64,000 bases of DNA from a virus. The stretch's first letter is position 1, and every line of letters starts with the position of its first letter. Location of the stretch: the IMG/VR virus record IMGVR_UViG_3300049215_000802, positions 14,533 through 78,532 of that record. One strand, given 5' to 3'. Made by a program: the position numbers and the translations under genes. Below the pieces are notes generated by a model. That model did not search any database and had not been told where the DNA came from. It saw only the letters and a list, made by a program, of their open reading frames with translations. Below are positions 1 through 9,552 of this stretch, one piece after another.

Positions 1-350
1 TTGCCGGGAATCGCCGTCATATCGACCGCGCCCCAGATCGGCATCTGCTTGACGATCCACTCGGCCAGAAAGTCCGAAACCTCATCCGCCTGGCGCTCGA
101 CGTTCGACTGCGCCTGGTGGTACGGCTGCGTAGCGTAGATCATCGTGCCGTCGTTCAGGTCGCCAAGTAAGGCGATGTGGAGTCTTTCGATCTCATAATC
201 GCTTTGGAGATCGCGGAGCCGCTTGAGCCGCTCGCCAGCGCGATCGAAGCGCTGTTTGCAGACGTCCATATCGAACGTCGGCGTCTTCTTGCCCCAATGG
301 ACGTCGGTGATCGCCAGGACCGCGTCCTCGCGCTGGCTGCGGCCTTCCAT
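1..350 (-). CDS. Calcineurin-like metallophosphoesterase (partial, runs off left edge; not in ORF track)
   Basis: Manual translation from ATG at 350: MEGRSQREDAVLAITDVHWGK...LLGDLNDG...IPG(N), giving the DxH, GDxxD and start of GNH motifs. TAATG overlap with the upstream gene. Confidence 0.8.
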   Translation of the reverse strand, partial: MEGRSQREDAVLAITDVHWGKKTPTFDMDVCKQRFDRAGERLKRLRDLQSDYEIERLHIALLGDLNDGTMIYATQPYHQAQSNVERQADEVSDFLAEWIVKQMPIWGAVDMTAIPG

Positions 351-565
351 TACGACGTCTCCCGCAATGGCCCCTCGACGAGCATCGATCCATCGTCGTT
401 CAGCTCAATCAGGTCGCCGCTTTCACCCATTCCGTCCAAGACACCGTTGAGGTACGTCGCGATCCTGAGGTCGATCTGCGCCTTAGCGGCGAGCATCTTT
501 GCCAGGGTGGGCCTCGCCGCCGCTGGCACCGGAACGATGTGCGTTGGCTTGTCGTCCATCATCAC
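350..565 (-). CDS. Small hypothetical phage protein downstream of tail fibre
   Basis: 71 aa ORF, translationally coupled to neighbours; no recognised motif. Confidence 0.55.
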   Translation of the reverse strand: MMMDDKPTHIVPVPAAARPTLAKMLAAKAQIDLRIATYLNGVLDGMGESGDLIELNDDGSMLVEGPLRETS

Positions 566-568
566 TCC

Positions 569-1207
569 TTAGCTTGACGTCCCAATCGCCATCCACGCGA
601 TCTGAATGTGAGTTGAACCGGAGCCGTTGTTTGCCCAGTTAGCGGTAAAGCCACTCGCGCTGGCGCTGCTCGTCCACATATTCTGGACGTTCTGGCTGTT
701 GCTCCACCCAAGAAAGATCGTCGGCGTCGAGGCGAAAGCGTGGGTAAATGTGATCGCCTGATTGCCCGAGACGGACGTGCTGTCGGTCGTCAAGCCAAAC
801 TCGACGTGCAGCTCAGCGCTCAGGCTGTCCAGGTAGCGGAGCGCTCGATACTGGGTGCCGCCGCCGCTGTTCAGCTTGAGATGTGGCCCGTAGAGTGTCA
901 GGTCGCCGCTCGTGTCCAGGTTCGCGTAGGTCGTGCTACCTGCGATGTTCTTCCAAAAGAATCCGTTGTTGCCGGCGATGATCACGTCATTGGAGCCGTC
1001 CAAGCCGATCAGCCACTGAGCAACGCCGCCAGACGTCTTGGCTTGGTACGGGTAGGTGTTCTCCATAATGATGCTGGCGGCAATCCCGCCGTTGAGCAGC
1101 GTCCACAGGTAAAGGTCGTTGTCGGAGAGATAGGTTTCAAGGTCGGATGCCGTGACGACGTAGGCATCGGCCCAGTCTCGCGGTGCCGTCCAGGTCGCGG
1201 ATGCCAT
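569..1207 (-). CDS. Putative tail fibre / receptor-binding protein
   Basis: Follows the tail hub gene. The C-terminal ITFTHAFASTPTIFLG...SGFTANW...IAWMAIG resembles gp53-like/H-type lectin tail-fibre ends. Confidence 0.6.
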   Translation of the reverse strand: MASATWTAPRDWADAYVVTASDLETYLSDNDLYLWTLLNGGIAASIIMENTYPYQAKTSGGVAQWLIGLDGSNDVIIAGNNGFFWKNIAGSTTYANLDTSGDLTLYGPHLKLNSGGGTQYRALRYLDSLSAELHVEFGLTTDSTSVSGNQAITFTHAFASTPTIFLGWSNSQNVQNMWTSSASASGFTANWANNGSGSTHIQIAWMAIGTSS

Positions 1208-1216
1208 GGTGTCCTC

Positions 1217-2512
1217 CTAGTAGGCCAGGCGTGTCGTCGACGTCAAAGCGCTTGTGCCGAGCACCCAGTAGGTCTGTGTGTCGAGTAGGCTGAGGGATAG
1301 CGTGATGCGCCAATTCCACGGCGTCTCATCGATCTGGATCCCTTCAACGCGGTTCGTCGTCACGATTGGCGCGAGTCCAGGCGCGCTCTGTGGCGTCCGG
1401 TACACCGTCACGACGTCGCCAATCTCGCGCGCCAGCACCGCAGGCCAGAGCGGATCGTCGATTCCGCCCTGGAACTCGAGCGTCGGCACGCGAAGCTGCG
1501 GCTCCTGATAGACGTTGACGATATGCTGGAGCCGGTTGTTGACCTCGTTGCCGACGCCGGATATGTCTACGAGTATCAGGGCGCTATCGTCGTGCGACCG
1601 GAGAAAGTACTCCTGGATCGAGGTGCCGCTCGGATCCTGATAGGCGTATTGCGTGCTCGATCCATCGTTGGCAATGGTCGCCGTCGCGCGATTGTAGATG
1701 TACTGATCGTCGAGCTGGAACGTCGGCGGGGTCTTGCCACGGTAGGGAATCTGGCCGGCGCCGCCGCCGAAGACGGCCTGCACGTTCCGATTCGAGTAGA
1801 GCGTCTGCCGTCCCTGAAAACAGAACGTCCCATCCGCCTTGACGAAGGCGACACCAAACTCCGCGTTCACAACATCGCCGAGATGCTGTATCGCCTTGGT
1901 CGTGTTTGATCCGGTGAACGCCTGGATCGTCGTTGATCCGGTATCAATGGCTCGATCGCCAACTGGCGCGAGCGCGGTCGTGTGCCCAAGGACGCCATTC
2001 GTCGGATCGCCGAGGACCCACGCCTGGCCGGTCGTCCAGCTAATCGTGTCGAGGATGTTATTGATCCGAGATCCGCTCAGCTCCTGGGAATAGCTCACCG
2101 TCGCATCGAGGATCGCGCCGGCCACCATCTTCCATCCGTCCGAGCACTGAATCTCCATCAGTCCGTCGAACAGACCCGGCGTCGTCAGAATGTAGCGTTC
2201 GATGAAGCCGGTATAGAGGATGTACGTCGCGGAGCCGAAGGTGGCGCTCAACTGAACCTTGCGCGCGACCTTCAAGTCGCCGTAGTAGGGCCCGGAAACG
2301 TTCGTCGGGTCGAAGCGGCGATCGCGGTTATCGAGCCGTACGCTCAAGGTTCCCGCCTGCACCTGATCGAGCTCGTGTTGCCGGCCGCGCTTCAGGCTCC
2401 ACCCGCGCACGTAGTCAGACACATCCGTCCACGACGGCGCGACGGTCGGGTTGCTGCCAAAGGAAATCTGCAGCTGGATCGTCGGGAATCCCGGCTCATT
2501 CGCAACCGTCAT
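1217..2512 (-). CDS. Siphovirus tail tip / baseplate hub protein
   Basis: Directly after the tape measure gene; WTDVSDYVRGWSLKRGR...AGTLSVRLDNRDRRFDP N-terminus typical of siphovirus tail proteins. Confidence 0.7.
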   Translation of the reverse strand: MTVANEPGFPTIQLQISFGSNPTVAPSWTDVSDYVRGWSLKRGRQHELDQVQAGTLSVRLDNRDRRFDPTNVSGPYYGDLKVARKVQLSATFGSATYILYTGFIERYILTTPGLFDGLMEIQCSDGWKMVAGAILDATVSYSQELSGSRINNILDTISWTTGQAWVLGDPTNGVLGHTTALAPVGDRAIDTGSTTIQAFTGSNTTKAIQHLGDVVNAEFGVAFVKADGTFCFQGRQTLYSNRNVQAVFGGGAGQIPYRGKTPPTFQLDDQYIYNRATATIANDGSSTQYAYQDPSGTSIQEYFLRSHDDSALILVDISGVGNEVNNRLQHIVNVYQEPQLRVPTLEFQGGIDDPLWPAVLAREIGDVVTVYRTPQSAPGLAPIVTTNRVEGIQIDETPWNWRITLSLSLLDTQTYWVLGTSALTSTTRLAY

Positions 2513-5500
2513 GCGTTCGATCCCAAGATCGAGCCGTTGCGCGAGCCGTAGCGCAGGAGAGATTGCTGGACGTACGACGTCAGGTTCTGGCCGTCGACGT
2601 AGATATTCGGCGGATTGTTCTGTAAAGCTGTTGCGACCGCCGCGCCAAGTTGGTCATAATTCACGCTGCCCGTCTGACCATCGGGAACGGTGCCGCTCAG
2701 ATTGCTGGGCGGAGCCGGAATAACCCCCGGCACGGTGAGTGCGGCCCCGCCAACTGGCCCAAGCAGCGCCGCCATCGCGTAGCTAACCAGATTGGGAAGC
2801 GCCGCTTGCAATGACGATTCGAGCGAGGCGATGTCGATCTGTCCGAGCGACACCGGGTTGAGGATCGGACTGTCGATCGTCGGCAGGCCCAACGCGCGAA
2901 GCCCCTGATTGATGAAGTTGACCATCGGGCCGAGAATCTTGGCGATTCCGTTGATCACCTTGTTGACCAACTGCTCGACGGTCGAGAGGATGCTATTGAT
3001 CGTGCCAGCGATTGCAACCGCAGCCTGGACGATCGCGTTGACGATTCCATCCCGGATGTTCTGCCAGGCGTCCTGAAACTTACGCTCGAGCCAGTCGAGC
3101 GTGTCGCCAACCCAAGTGATGACGCCATTCCAAACCCTGGCTATCGTCGAGCTCATGCTGTTCCAGACGTTGGTGATCGTGTCTCGGATACCGAACCAGT
3201 TGTTGGTCCACGCGAGATAGAGCAGCGCGACTGCCCCGGCAATCAGCCCGACGATGATGAGGATTGGTGAGAGCGGTAAGAGAGCCAGTCCCTCGGCAAC
3301 GCCTAGACCAGTGAAGATGACGGACAGCCCTTCGATGATGCCGCCAATCGTCACGAACGCTTCGCCGATCGTTGTCAGGATCTGCCAGCCAATGAACGTG
3401 ACCAGCAACGCCCCCGCGATGTCCTTGAACTTGTTCCAGGTATCGAGACCATCTTTGACCGTGTTGATCACGCTCTCGAGGTCGTTGTACAGGTCAGTCG
3501 CGTGACTGCTCACCGTGCGAATCGTGTCGCCGAGCGAGGCAAAGTCCTTTTCCGCCTGCCCGCTGGCGAACCACTGCTCGATCTGGCCGGCGATGCGTTC
3601 GATCACGGGCGCCAGGTCGGTGAACGCCTGATGTAGCTTGTCGCGAATCGTCGCGGCAACCTCCGCGATCTTGTCCTGGTTCTTACTTGCCCACTCGTAA
3701 ATCTTCCGAAGCTCGTCCTCAATGTCGGTGTACAAGCCCTTCGGCTGAGCAGCGCCCTCTTGATTCCGTCCCTCATCGCCGCGGCGCGGTGCCGGTGGCG
3801 ACATCGGGACGCCGCCGATGATTCCCTGGACGATCAGCCCGAGGTCGGCGAAGTTGGACAGGAGCCCCGGCAGTGTTTGCGCCTGGCTCGCCGCCATTCC
3901 CTTGAAGCGGCTTTGCAGCCCCGACATAATCAGCGGGAGCGCCTGCGAAGCCGGCAACGTCAATGCGTTCGCCGAATCGAACGATCCTTTCGGCAGGATG
4001 TCTTGGAGCGGCACGCCCAGTTGAGCGAACTCGTACGCTGCACGTCCACCTTCGCCCGTCGAGATCCGCCCCAGAAGCGATGCGATCATCTGCGGTGTCT
4101 GGCCGGTTGCCGCCGCCGTGTTGACGATCGTGTCCAGCCACTTGGTCGTATCCAGCTTGAAGCCGGTCAACGTGCGCGAGGCCTTCCGCAAGTCATCGGC
4201 GGTGAACGGTGTCCCGAACGTCGCCTGCATCAAGAACTCGTTGAGCGCTTCGGCGTACTCCTGGCCGTTCTTCAGCTTCTGGCCGGTGTAGTCTTCGAGC
4301 GCCTTCTTCTCGTCGGGTAGTTCGTTGACCTCGGGCCCGGCCATCCGCTTTGCCGCCGCGCTCGGCTTGCCGCCACCACCTGCGCCCGCGTGGTCAATCT
4401 GCTCATTCAGGTCACGGATGTGGCGCTCGTACATCAGGTTCTCTTGGTCGAACCGCTGTTGGAGCGCCGCGAGTTTGTCTTGCTCGGCTTTCTTGGCGTT
4501 GGCGACGTCCTTGTCGTAGGTGGCCTGCTTGACCGCCACCTGCTTCTCGTATGCCGACTGTTCGCTCGCCATCTGCTGATTCGTCTCGGCGAGCTTCTTC
4601 GCCAACGATTCCCGGAGACTGGCGACTTCGGCGTTGTACGAATCCTGGAGCTTCTTGACCCGATCGGCGTAGGACGCCTCTTCCGTCGCCTGTTCTTGCT
4701 GGATCTTCTGAACTTTGAGCTGATACGCCTGATCTGCCGCGGCTTGGGTCGCAGCTTGCTGGGCGTGCAGGTTGGCCAGGTAACTGTCGTAGTTCTCGCC
4801 GGCCAGCGCCTGCTCTTGTTGAATCCGATTTTCGAGTGCGGCGACTAGGTCGCTGTCGCCCGCGGCCCGCGCGTCGGCTAGGTCCGATTGCAAGCTCTTC
4901 GCGTCGGCGAGCGCCTTCTTGCGCTGCGCCTCGTAGGTGTCCGGCGCGGACTGATCCTGCGCCAGAAACGTCGCGTCGCGCTTCTCTTGCTCTTGCTGGT
5001 AGGTCTCGGTCAGTTGCTCGAGCTGATCCGCCAGCGATTGCATCGTCTTCTGGTGGCTATCCTGAAGCGACTGCATGGCGTCATTGAACGCCTGGGTCCG
5101 CTGCGCCAACTGCTCGTTGAACTGCTGGGTCGCGTCCGCTTCGCCCTGCTTGAGTTTGTCCATCGCCGCATCGTGTGACGCGGTGAGGTCACTCATCGAC
5201 TGCTCGTAGGCTTGGGCAAGCTCTTGTAGCGTCGCCGTCAGCGTGTCGCGAGCTTTCTGGGCTTCGTCGTTGATCTGGGCAATCGCGCGCGCGTGATCTT
5301 GCGCGGCGTCGGCCATCGACTGCTGCGCCCGAGCGATCGTGTAGCCCGCACTGCTCGTGCGACTGGCCGCGGCATCGGACGCCTGGCCGGTGTTATTCAT
5401 CGACGTCGAGGCGTTGTCGAACAAGACGCCCATCTGGGTGTTGAACTGTTCGATCGCCGAGTTGACGTCCATCATCGAGCTGAAGAGCTCGTGAACCGCG

Positions 5501-5664
5501 TCGATCGCGCCATCAACTGACGCGACGAAGGCCTCGCCGATGACCAGCCCGGTCGCGATCTCGGCAACCGCGTTGAGCGCACTGCCGACCGAATTGACCG
5601 ACGCGAGCGCGCCCGAGGCATCGCCGAGTAGTCGAAAGGTGACGTCGCCGCCGCTGACACTCAT
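2509..5664 (-). CDS. Tail tape measure protein
   Basis: 1051 aa, Ala/Gln-rich helical, with a TPF-containing tape-measure motif and Trp/hydrophobic repeats; follows the tail chaperones. Confidence 0.9.
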   Translation of the reverse strand: MSVSGGDVTFRLLGDASGALASVNSVGSALNAVAEIATGLVIGEAFVASVDGAIDAVHELFSSMMDVNSAIEQFNTQMGVLFDNASTSMNNTGQASDAAASRTSSAGYTIARAQQSMADAAQDHARAIAQINDEAQKARDTLTATLQELAQAYEQSMSDLTASHDAAMDKLKQGEADATQQFNEQLAQRTQAFNDAMQSLQDSHQKTMQSLADQLEQLTETYQQEQEKRDATFLAQDQSAPDTYEAQRKKALADAKSLQSDLADARAAGDSDLVAALENRIQQEQALAGENYDSYLANLHAQQAATQAAADQAYQLKVQKIQQEQATEEASYADRVKKLQDSYNAEVASLRESLAKKLAETNQQMASEQSAYEKQVAVKQATYDKDVANAKKAEQDKLAALQQRFDQENLMYERHIRDLNEQIDHAGAGGGGKPSAAAKRMAGPEVNELPDEKKALEDYTGQKLKNGQEYAEALNEFLMQATFGTPFTADDLRKASRTLTGFKLDTTKWLDTIVNTAAATGQTPQMIASLLGRISTGEGGRAAYEFAQLGVPLQDILPKGSFDSANALTLPASQALPLIMSGLQSRFKGMAASQAQTLPGLLSNFADLGLIVQGIIGGVPMSPPAPRRGDEGRNQEGAAQPKGLYTDIEDELRKIYEWASKNQDKIAEVAATIRDKLHQAFTDLAPVIERIAGQIEQWFASGQAEKDFASLGDTIRTVSSHATDLYNDLESVINTVKDGLDTWNKFKDIAGALLVTFIGWQILTTIGEAFVTIGGIIEGLSVIFTGLGVAEGLALLPLSPILIIVGLIAGAVALLYLAWTNNWFGIRDTITNVWNSMSSTIARVWNGVITWVGDTLDWLERKFQDAWQNIRDGIVNAIVQAAVAIAGTINSILSTVEQLVNKVINGIAKILGPMVNFINQGLRALGLPTIDSPILNPVSLGQIDIASLESSLQAALPNLVSYAMAALLGPVGGAALTVPGVIPAPPSNLSGTVPDGQTGSVNYDQLGAAVATALQNNPPNIYVDGQNLTSYVQQSLLRYGSRNGSILGSNA

Positions 5665-6030
5665 CTAGCCGAACACCTTGGCGAAGGCAGCATCCATCGC
5701 CGCTTGCTTGGGGTCTCGGTTCTTGCGCTCATCGCGACCTCCAAACACGGCGTTCAATTGCTCAATCTTCGCTAGTAAATCGGTGGGCTTGGCCGGCTCT
5801 TTCTTGTGGAACGGCATAAAGTCGATCGGTTGGAACGGCTCGGTGTCCGGTCCGCGGTTGACGTTGGCGATGACGCTCGCGAGCATCGCCGCCCGCCAGT
5901 CCTGCCGCTCGATCATGCCTTCGCGTCGTTGCAGAAGCGCGTCGAACTCTTTGAGCGTGAGCCGCCAGAAGGTATCATCGCTCAGGCCGAGATCGTGAAC
6001 GCCGATCGACCACAGGTCTAGCCAGCTAAA
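5665..6030 (-). CDS. Tail assembly chaperone, C-terminal (T) part reached by -1 frameshift
   Basis: The frame stays open upstream of the track ORF to the slippery site: SWLDLWSIGVHDLGLSDDTFWRLTLKEFDALL... Confidence 0.75.
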   Translation of the reverse strand, partial: FSWLDLWSIGVHDLGLSDDTFWRLTLKEFDALLQRREGMIERQDWRAAMLASVIANVNRGPDTEPFQPIDFMPFHKKEPAKPTDLLAKIEQLNAVFGGRDERKNRDPKQAAMDAAFAKVFG

Positions 6031-6350
6031 GGGGTCTCAGGTTCGGCCTGCTCGCCCTTCGCTTCGGGCATCGCCGCGCTGAACGCGCGCCTGAAGGCGT
6101 CCGACACATCGGCCAGGTTGTGCAAGTCGATCATGTCGCCGACCTGTTCCGGCGTGAGCGTCGGATCCTCGTGGATCAGCGCTGCCCAGACGTAGACCCT
6201 CAGATCCTTGAGACCAATCTGGGTGGCCTTCGTGTTGAGCATCGATCGCCCAGTCCGCTCCTCACACTCGATCATCGCGTTGAGGGTGAAGCGCAGGTGC
6301 CGCGTCTTGTCCAGTTCGATCGGCACGAGAGGGACGGCTGACTTTGGCAT
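6018..6350 (-). CDS. Tail assembly chaperone (G)
   Basis: Between tail tube and tape measure genes; LRFTLNAMIECEE motif. Confidence 0.8.
   Translation of the reverse strand: MPKSAVPLVPIELDKTRHLRFTLNAMIECEERTGRSMLNTKATQIGLKDLRVYVWAALIHEDPTLTPEQVGDMIDLHNLADVSDAFRRAFSAAMPEAKGEQAEPETPLAG
6027..6033 (-). other. Programmed -1 frameshift slippery site C CCT TTA
   Basis: X XXY YYZ heptamer in frame three codons before the G stop; the -1 frame is the T ORF. Confidence 0.75.
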
Positions 6351-6361
6351 AACCTCTCCGC

Positions 6362-6389
6362 GCCCGGGACTGCTCGCACAGTCCCGGGC
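6362..6389. other. 11-bp stem hairpin between tail tube and chaperone genes
   Basis: GCCCGGGACTG-ctcgca-CAGTCCCGGGC with no U-tract, so an attenuation or stability element rather than a clear terminator. Confidence 0.5.
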
Positions 6390-6397
6390 TATTCCGA

Positions 6398-6832
6398 TTA
6401 GGCGAGGGTCGGCTGGCCGGTGATCTTGAGCGTGGCGTCCAGCGACAGCTTGTCTTTAGTCGGCGCCTTCGGCGCGTAATCGGTCACGTAGGTCGCAAAC
6501 TGCCACGTCGTCGAGTTCGGGTCGGTGAACACGAGCTTGTAATTCCGCTTGTTGCGGTTCACCTGGTCGCGGAGGATGCCCGAGCTAAACGACTGGGTTG
6601 CCGCCTGGGGAATGAAGTTCGCGGTGATCTTGATGTCGCCGCCGTGCAGCAGGGTGGGAATGGATTCATCCCAATCTCCTGAGCTGTCGTGGCTGGTGCC
6701 GTCGGCGACGTCGAGCTTGATGCTCGGTCCGGTGATGTCGACGACTTCGGCGACCGTCGTAAAGTTTTCAGGACTTTGGCCGTCGCCGATCTTGAGCAGG
6801 GTTCCCTGCGCGCGTACGCCTTGCGTGGCCAT
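6398..6832 (-). CDS. Major tail tube protein
   Basis: GTLLKIGDG..PENFTTVAEVVDITGP...D.TSHDS.G.W.E.IP.L..GG motif of siphovirus tail tube proteins. Confidence 0.85.
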   Translation of the reverse strand: MATQGVRAQGTLLKIGDGQSPENFTTVAEVVDITGPSIKLDVADGTSHDSSGDWDESIPTLLHGGDIKITANFIPQAATQSFSSGILRDQVNRNKRNYKLVFTDPNSTTWQFATYVTDYAPKAPTKDKLSLDATLKITGQPTLA

Positions 6833-6857
6833 TGCTTCCTCCTTGCCTTACGGCGCG

Positions 6858-7214
6858 TTACGGCAGAATGATCGGCGAAAACAGAATCGCCGCGTTGTTT
6901 GCCTGGTAATACAGATTGCCGTCCGGCTGACGCCAACCCGTCTGTTGGAACGGTCCGAAGATCGCGATCTTGCCGTGCGCGATCGAGAACGCTGAAATGT
7001 CGCCGGTCCGGCCGAGCGGGTCGGCGACCGACGTGACGGTGACGGTGTAGGTGTTGGCGCCGTCCGAGTTGTACGCGACGAGCAGTTCCTTGCCGGTCGA
7101 TGGCGTCGAGTTATTGTTGCCCGTATCGGCTGCTGTCTGGGTGAGAATCAGGCCGGTCACGCCGGCGCCAGTGCAACCCGGAGCCGCTTGGCCTGCGATT
7201 GCTGTTCGTGCCAT
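6858..7214 (-). CDS. ~118 aa beta-rich putative virion protein (copy 1 of a repeated domain)
   Basis: Paralogous to 9553-9903 and to the C-terminus of 10112-12190 (N.D....TV.S..DP..RTGD....GPF...GW...G.L). Confidence 0.6.
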   Translation of the reverse strand: MARTAIAGQAAPGCTGAGVTGLILTQTAADTGNNNSTPSTGKELLVAYNSDGANTYTVTVTSVADPLGRTGDISAFSIAHGKIAIFGPFQQTGWRQPDGNLYYQANNAAILFSPIILP

Positions 7215-7228
7215 TCGTCAGATCTCCT

Positions 7229-7666
7229 TTAGCGGCCGCGTGACCGCGTATTCTCTCGTGTGCCATCGGGTCGGAGTGGATGCGCTTCGTCGAAATGGGT
7301 CGCGATGACCTCTTCGTCGAGGCAATCAAACGGACAGTACGCGCACTGGTAATTCAGCAACCCGCCCCACGTGCTCGCCGTCCAGTGCCCGATCGGCTTC
7401 GGCCGGTCGGCAACTGGCGCTGGCGCAGGCTCCGGTTCGCGTGTCGGATCCTCCAGCAGCACTGGCGCTTGCTCTGCACTGTCGCTGGGTAGCGATGTGA
7501 CACTGGTGACCGGTTCGACCGGCGGTTCGTCAGCGACAGGTGATGTCGGTGGGTCCGGGGTTGGCGCCGGTTCAGGCATTCCCGCAACCGATTCGACCGG
7601 TTTGTCGTCGATGGCAGGAGCGCTTGGCGCCTCCTGAAGTTCAACTTCTTGTGGCACGTACTCCAT
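7229..7666 (-). CDS. Pro/Glu-rich protein with C-terminal C2H2-type zinc finger
   Basis: YQCAYCPFDCLDEEVIATHFDEAH = C-x2-C-x12-H-x4-H. Confidence 0.6.
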   Translation of the reverse strand: MEYVPQEVELQEAPSAPAIDDKPVESVAGMPEPAPTPDPPTSPVADEPPVEPVTSVTSLPSDSAEQAPVLLEDPTREPEPAPAPVADRPKPIGHWTASTWGGLLNYQCAYCPFDCLDEEVIATHFDEAHPLRPDGTRENTRSRGR

Positions 7667-7681
7667 CTGTCACCCCACCAA

Positions 7682-8098
7682 TCAGGACGGTTCTTTGACG
7701 ACTTGACAGTTGAATCCGATAATCACTCGCTCTTTCAAATCGCGCCGCAACTCGAATGGCGACTGCAGCGGCACGATCTCGCGATACCAAACCTGTTCTC
7801 CGTCACTCGCGGTCAAGAACGTGTTTTTGACGATCATCAGCGCGAGGTAGACCGCCCTCGCCCGGGCGCGTGGTCCGTCGTAATCCTGCGGTTCGCCGCG
7901 GCACGCCACCTGGAACCGCGGCCGCTCATAAGCCACCCCGGGAATGTCGTGGGTATACTCACCGTCCATCCCGCCATAGTCGCGAACCACGGTGCAGACA
8001 TTGGGCTGATCTGGTTCTTGCGAATAGAACAGGTTCGTCCCGAGCGTTCCGAGACCCAGGCCCTGGAGATAGGTTGTCACTTCGTCGCACAGCGACAT
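7682..8098 (-). CDS. Tail terminator / minor capsid-3-like protein
   Basis: YLQGLGLGTLGTNLF...PDQP...YERPRFQV.CRG; position before the tail tube gene. Confidence 0.75.
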   Translation of the reverse strand: MSLCDEVTTYLQGLGLGTLGTNLFYSQEPDQPNVCTVVRDYGGMDGEYTHDIPGVAYERPRFQVACRGEPQDYDGPRARARAVYLALMIVKNTFLTASDGEQVWYREIVPLQSPFELRRDLKERVIIGFNCQVVKEPS

Positions 8099-8487
8099 CA
8101 GAGTTCGCTCCGCAGCTTGTCACCGATTCGTCCGGCCATTCCGTTCGCGGCCTTCAGCAACGGCTCCTCGAGATACTTGGCCTGGCCAACGGTGTGGCGA
8201 TAACTCAAATCCTCGTGCTGGCGTAGCGCATACGGCGCGCTCGGGCCACCATAGCCAAGGGTCACGCTCACCTGGTTGCCGCTCATCTGAGGCGGATCGA
8301 CGTGACCAGTTGAGCGGAGCATGCCGGTATCGACGGGCACATAGTTGGCTTTCGAATCGGTCATCACCAACTCAGCCTCCTGGTAGAGCGCGGCTCCAAG
8401 TGCCTGGGAAGCATTCTGCCCAAACTGGTTGAGTACCCCCTGGAGCGCGCTCAACCCGTCGACCTGGACGTTCACAATCCCGGCCAT
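8098..8487 (-). CDS. HK97 gp10-like neck protein
   Basis: VPVDTGMLRSTG...PYALRQHE...GQAKYLE motif. Confidence 0.8.
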   Translation of the reverse strand: MAGIVNVQVDGLSALQGVLNQFGQNASQALGAALYQEAELVMTDSKANYVPVDTGMLRSTGHVDPPQMSGNQVSVTLGYGGPSAPYALRQHEDLSYRHTVGQAKYLEEPLLKAANGMAGRIGDKLRSEL

Positions 8488-8826
8488 TTAGGCCCCTCGC
8501 TTGTGCCAGGTATAGATAATCGTCGCGTACCCGCCAAACTCATCCGGACTGCTGTTCACGCTCTGCACGATCGGTTGCGTCCCGTCCGGTAGCGTGACCC
8601 GATCCTCCGACGTGATTGACGGTGTGTAGTTCAGGTAGATCGACGCCCAGTTCACCAGATCCACCTGGCCATCGTGGTAAAACGATCGGACCGAATTGAC
8701 GACCCGCGCTTGGTAGGTTACCGGCGAGCCAAAGACCGGCGAGCCATCGCCCTTTCTCACGTTGAAGGGCTCGACCGTGACCGTCTGCGTCAGCAGCTCC
8801 AAAAGCTGCGGGTCCAGTCCAGCCAT
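8488..8826 (-). CDS. Head closure / head-tail joining protein
   Basis: LLTQTVTVEP...G.PVFG.PVTYQARV; position in the neck cluster. Confidence 0.7.
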   Translation of the reverse strand: MAGLDPQLLELLTQTVTVEPFNVRKGDGSPVFGSPVTYQARVVNSVRSFYHDGQVDLVNWASIYLNYTPSITSEDRVTLPDGTQPIVQSVNSSPDEFGGYATIIYTWHKRGA

Positions 8827-9278
8827 CAGGTCGTTGTTCCTGCCGGCGCGTACTCAACAGTCGCCGCGGTCACTGGATACGTATTGGTCATCGTCGCCAA
8901 TTGCGATGGATTCGCCGGCTGTGAGATGGTCGCGGGCGTCGCGGCTGGCGTCGGTGTTGTCGGCATTGGCAACACGGCGTGGACGTTCACCACCGGAGCC
9001 GGAGTCCCTTTTAGCGCATCAACGAGCTGCACAATTGCACTGATGAGAGAGGACTCCTGCGGTGACGGGTTGGGTCCCGCGACCGATTGAAGCAAGCTCG
9101 GTAGCAGGATCGTCAACAGTGTCACCGCAAAACCAAGTAGCGGCAGGAGTGCCGCGGCGACGAGAGCCAAACTCGATGGCAGCAACGCTGTGTTCGCCCC
9201 GAGAACGTTCGCGACGATGATCAGTCCGCCGACACCGAGCGCAATCGCGAGGTACTTGAGCAGATGGCTGGTTTGCAC
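8826..9278 (-). CDS. Membrane protein, possible holin
   Basis: Two N-terminal hydrophobic helices and a Pro/Thr-rich tail; GTG start with GGAGG. Confidence 0.5.
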   Translation of the reverse strand: MQTSHLLKYLAIALGVGGLIIVANVLGANTALLPSSLALVAAALLPLLGFAVTLLTILLPSLLQSVAGPNPSPQESSLISAIVQLVDALKGTPAPVVNVHAVLPMPTTPTPAATPATISQPANPSQLATMTNTYPVTAATVEYAPAGTTT

Positions 9279-9287
9279 GTTGCCTCC

Positions 9288-9551
9288 CTAATGGACAAAC
9301 TGCTTGATGAGCGCCACGGTAATCGTGACCGCTGCCGGGAAACCCACGATCAGGAGTGCGACGGCACCAATGACGCGGTTCTGCCACTTCTCCAGATCGG
9401 ACAGGCGATCATCGCGTACCTTATCGTCCTTGACGTCGTTATCGCGCGTCTGCTGGATCGTCGTCTTGAGATCGACGATCCCCTGGGTCAACTGGCGGAT
9501 CTGCTCTTCCAGGTGCGCGATTGCGACCGCTGTCGACGTCGTCGCTGCCAT
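9288..9551 (-). CDS. Coiled-coil plus C-terminal TM protein (XhlA/holin-associated type)
   Basis: Heptad N-terminus, LSDLEKWQNRVIGAVALLIVG transmembrane end. Confidence 0.55.
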   Translation of the reverse strand: MAATTSTAVAIAHLEEQIRQLTQGIVDLKTTIQQTRDNDVKDDKVRDDRLSDLEKWQNRVIGAVALLIVGFPAAVTITVALIKQFVH

Positions 9552-9552
9552 C

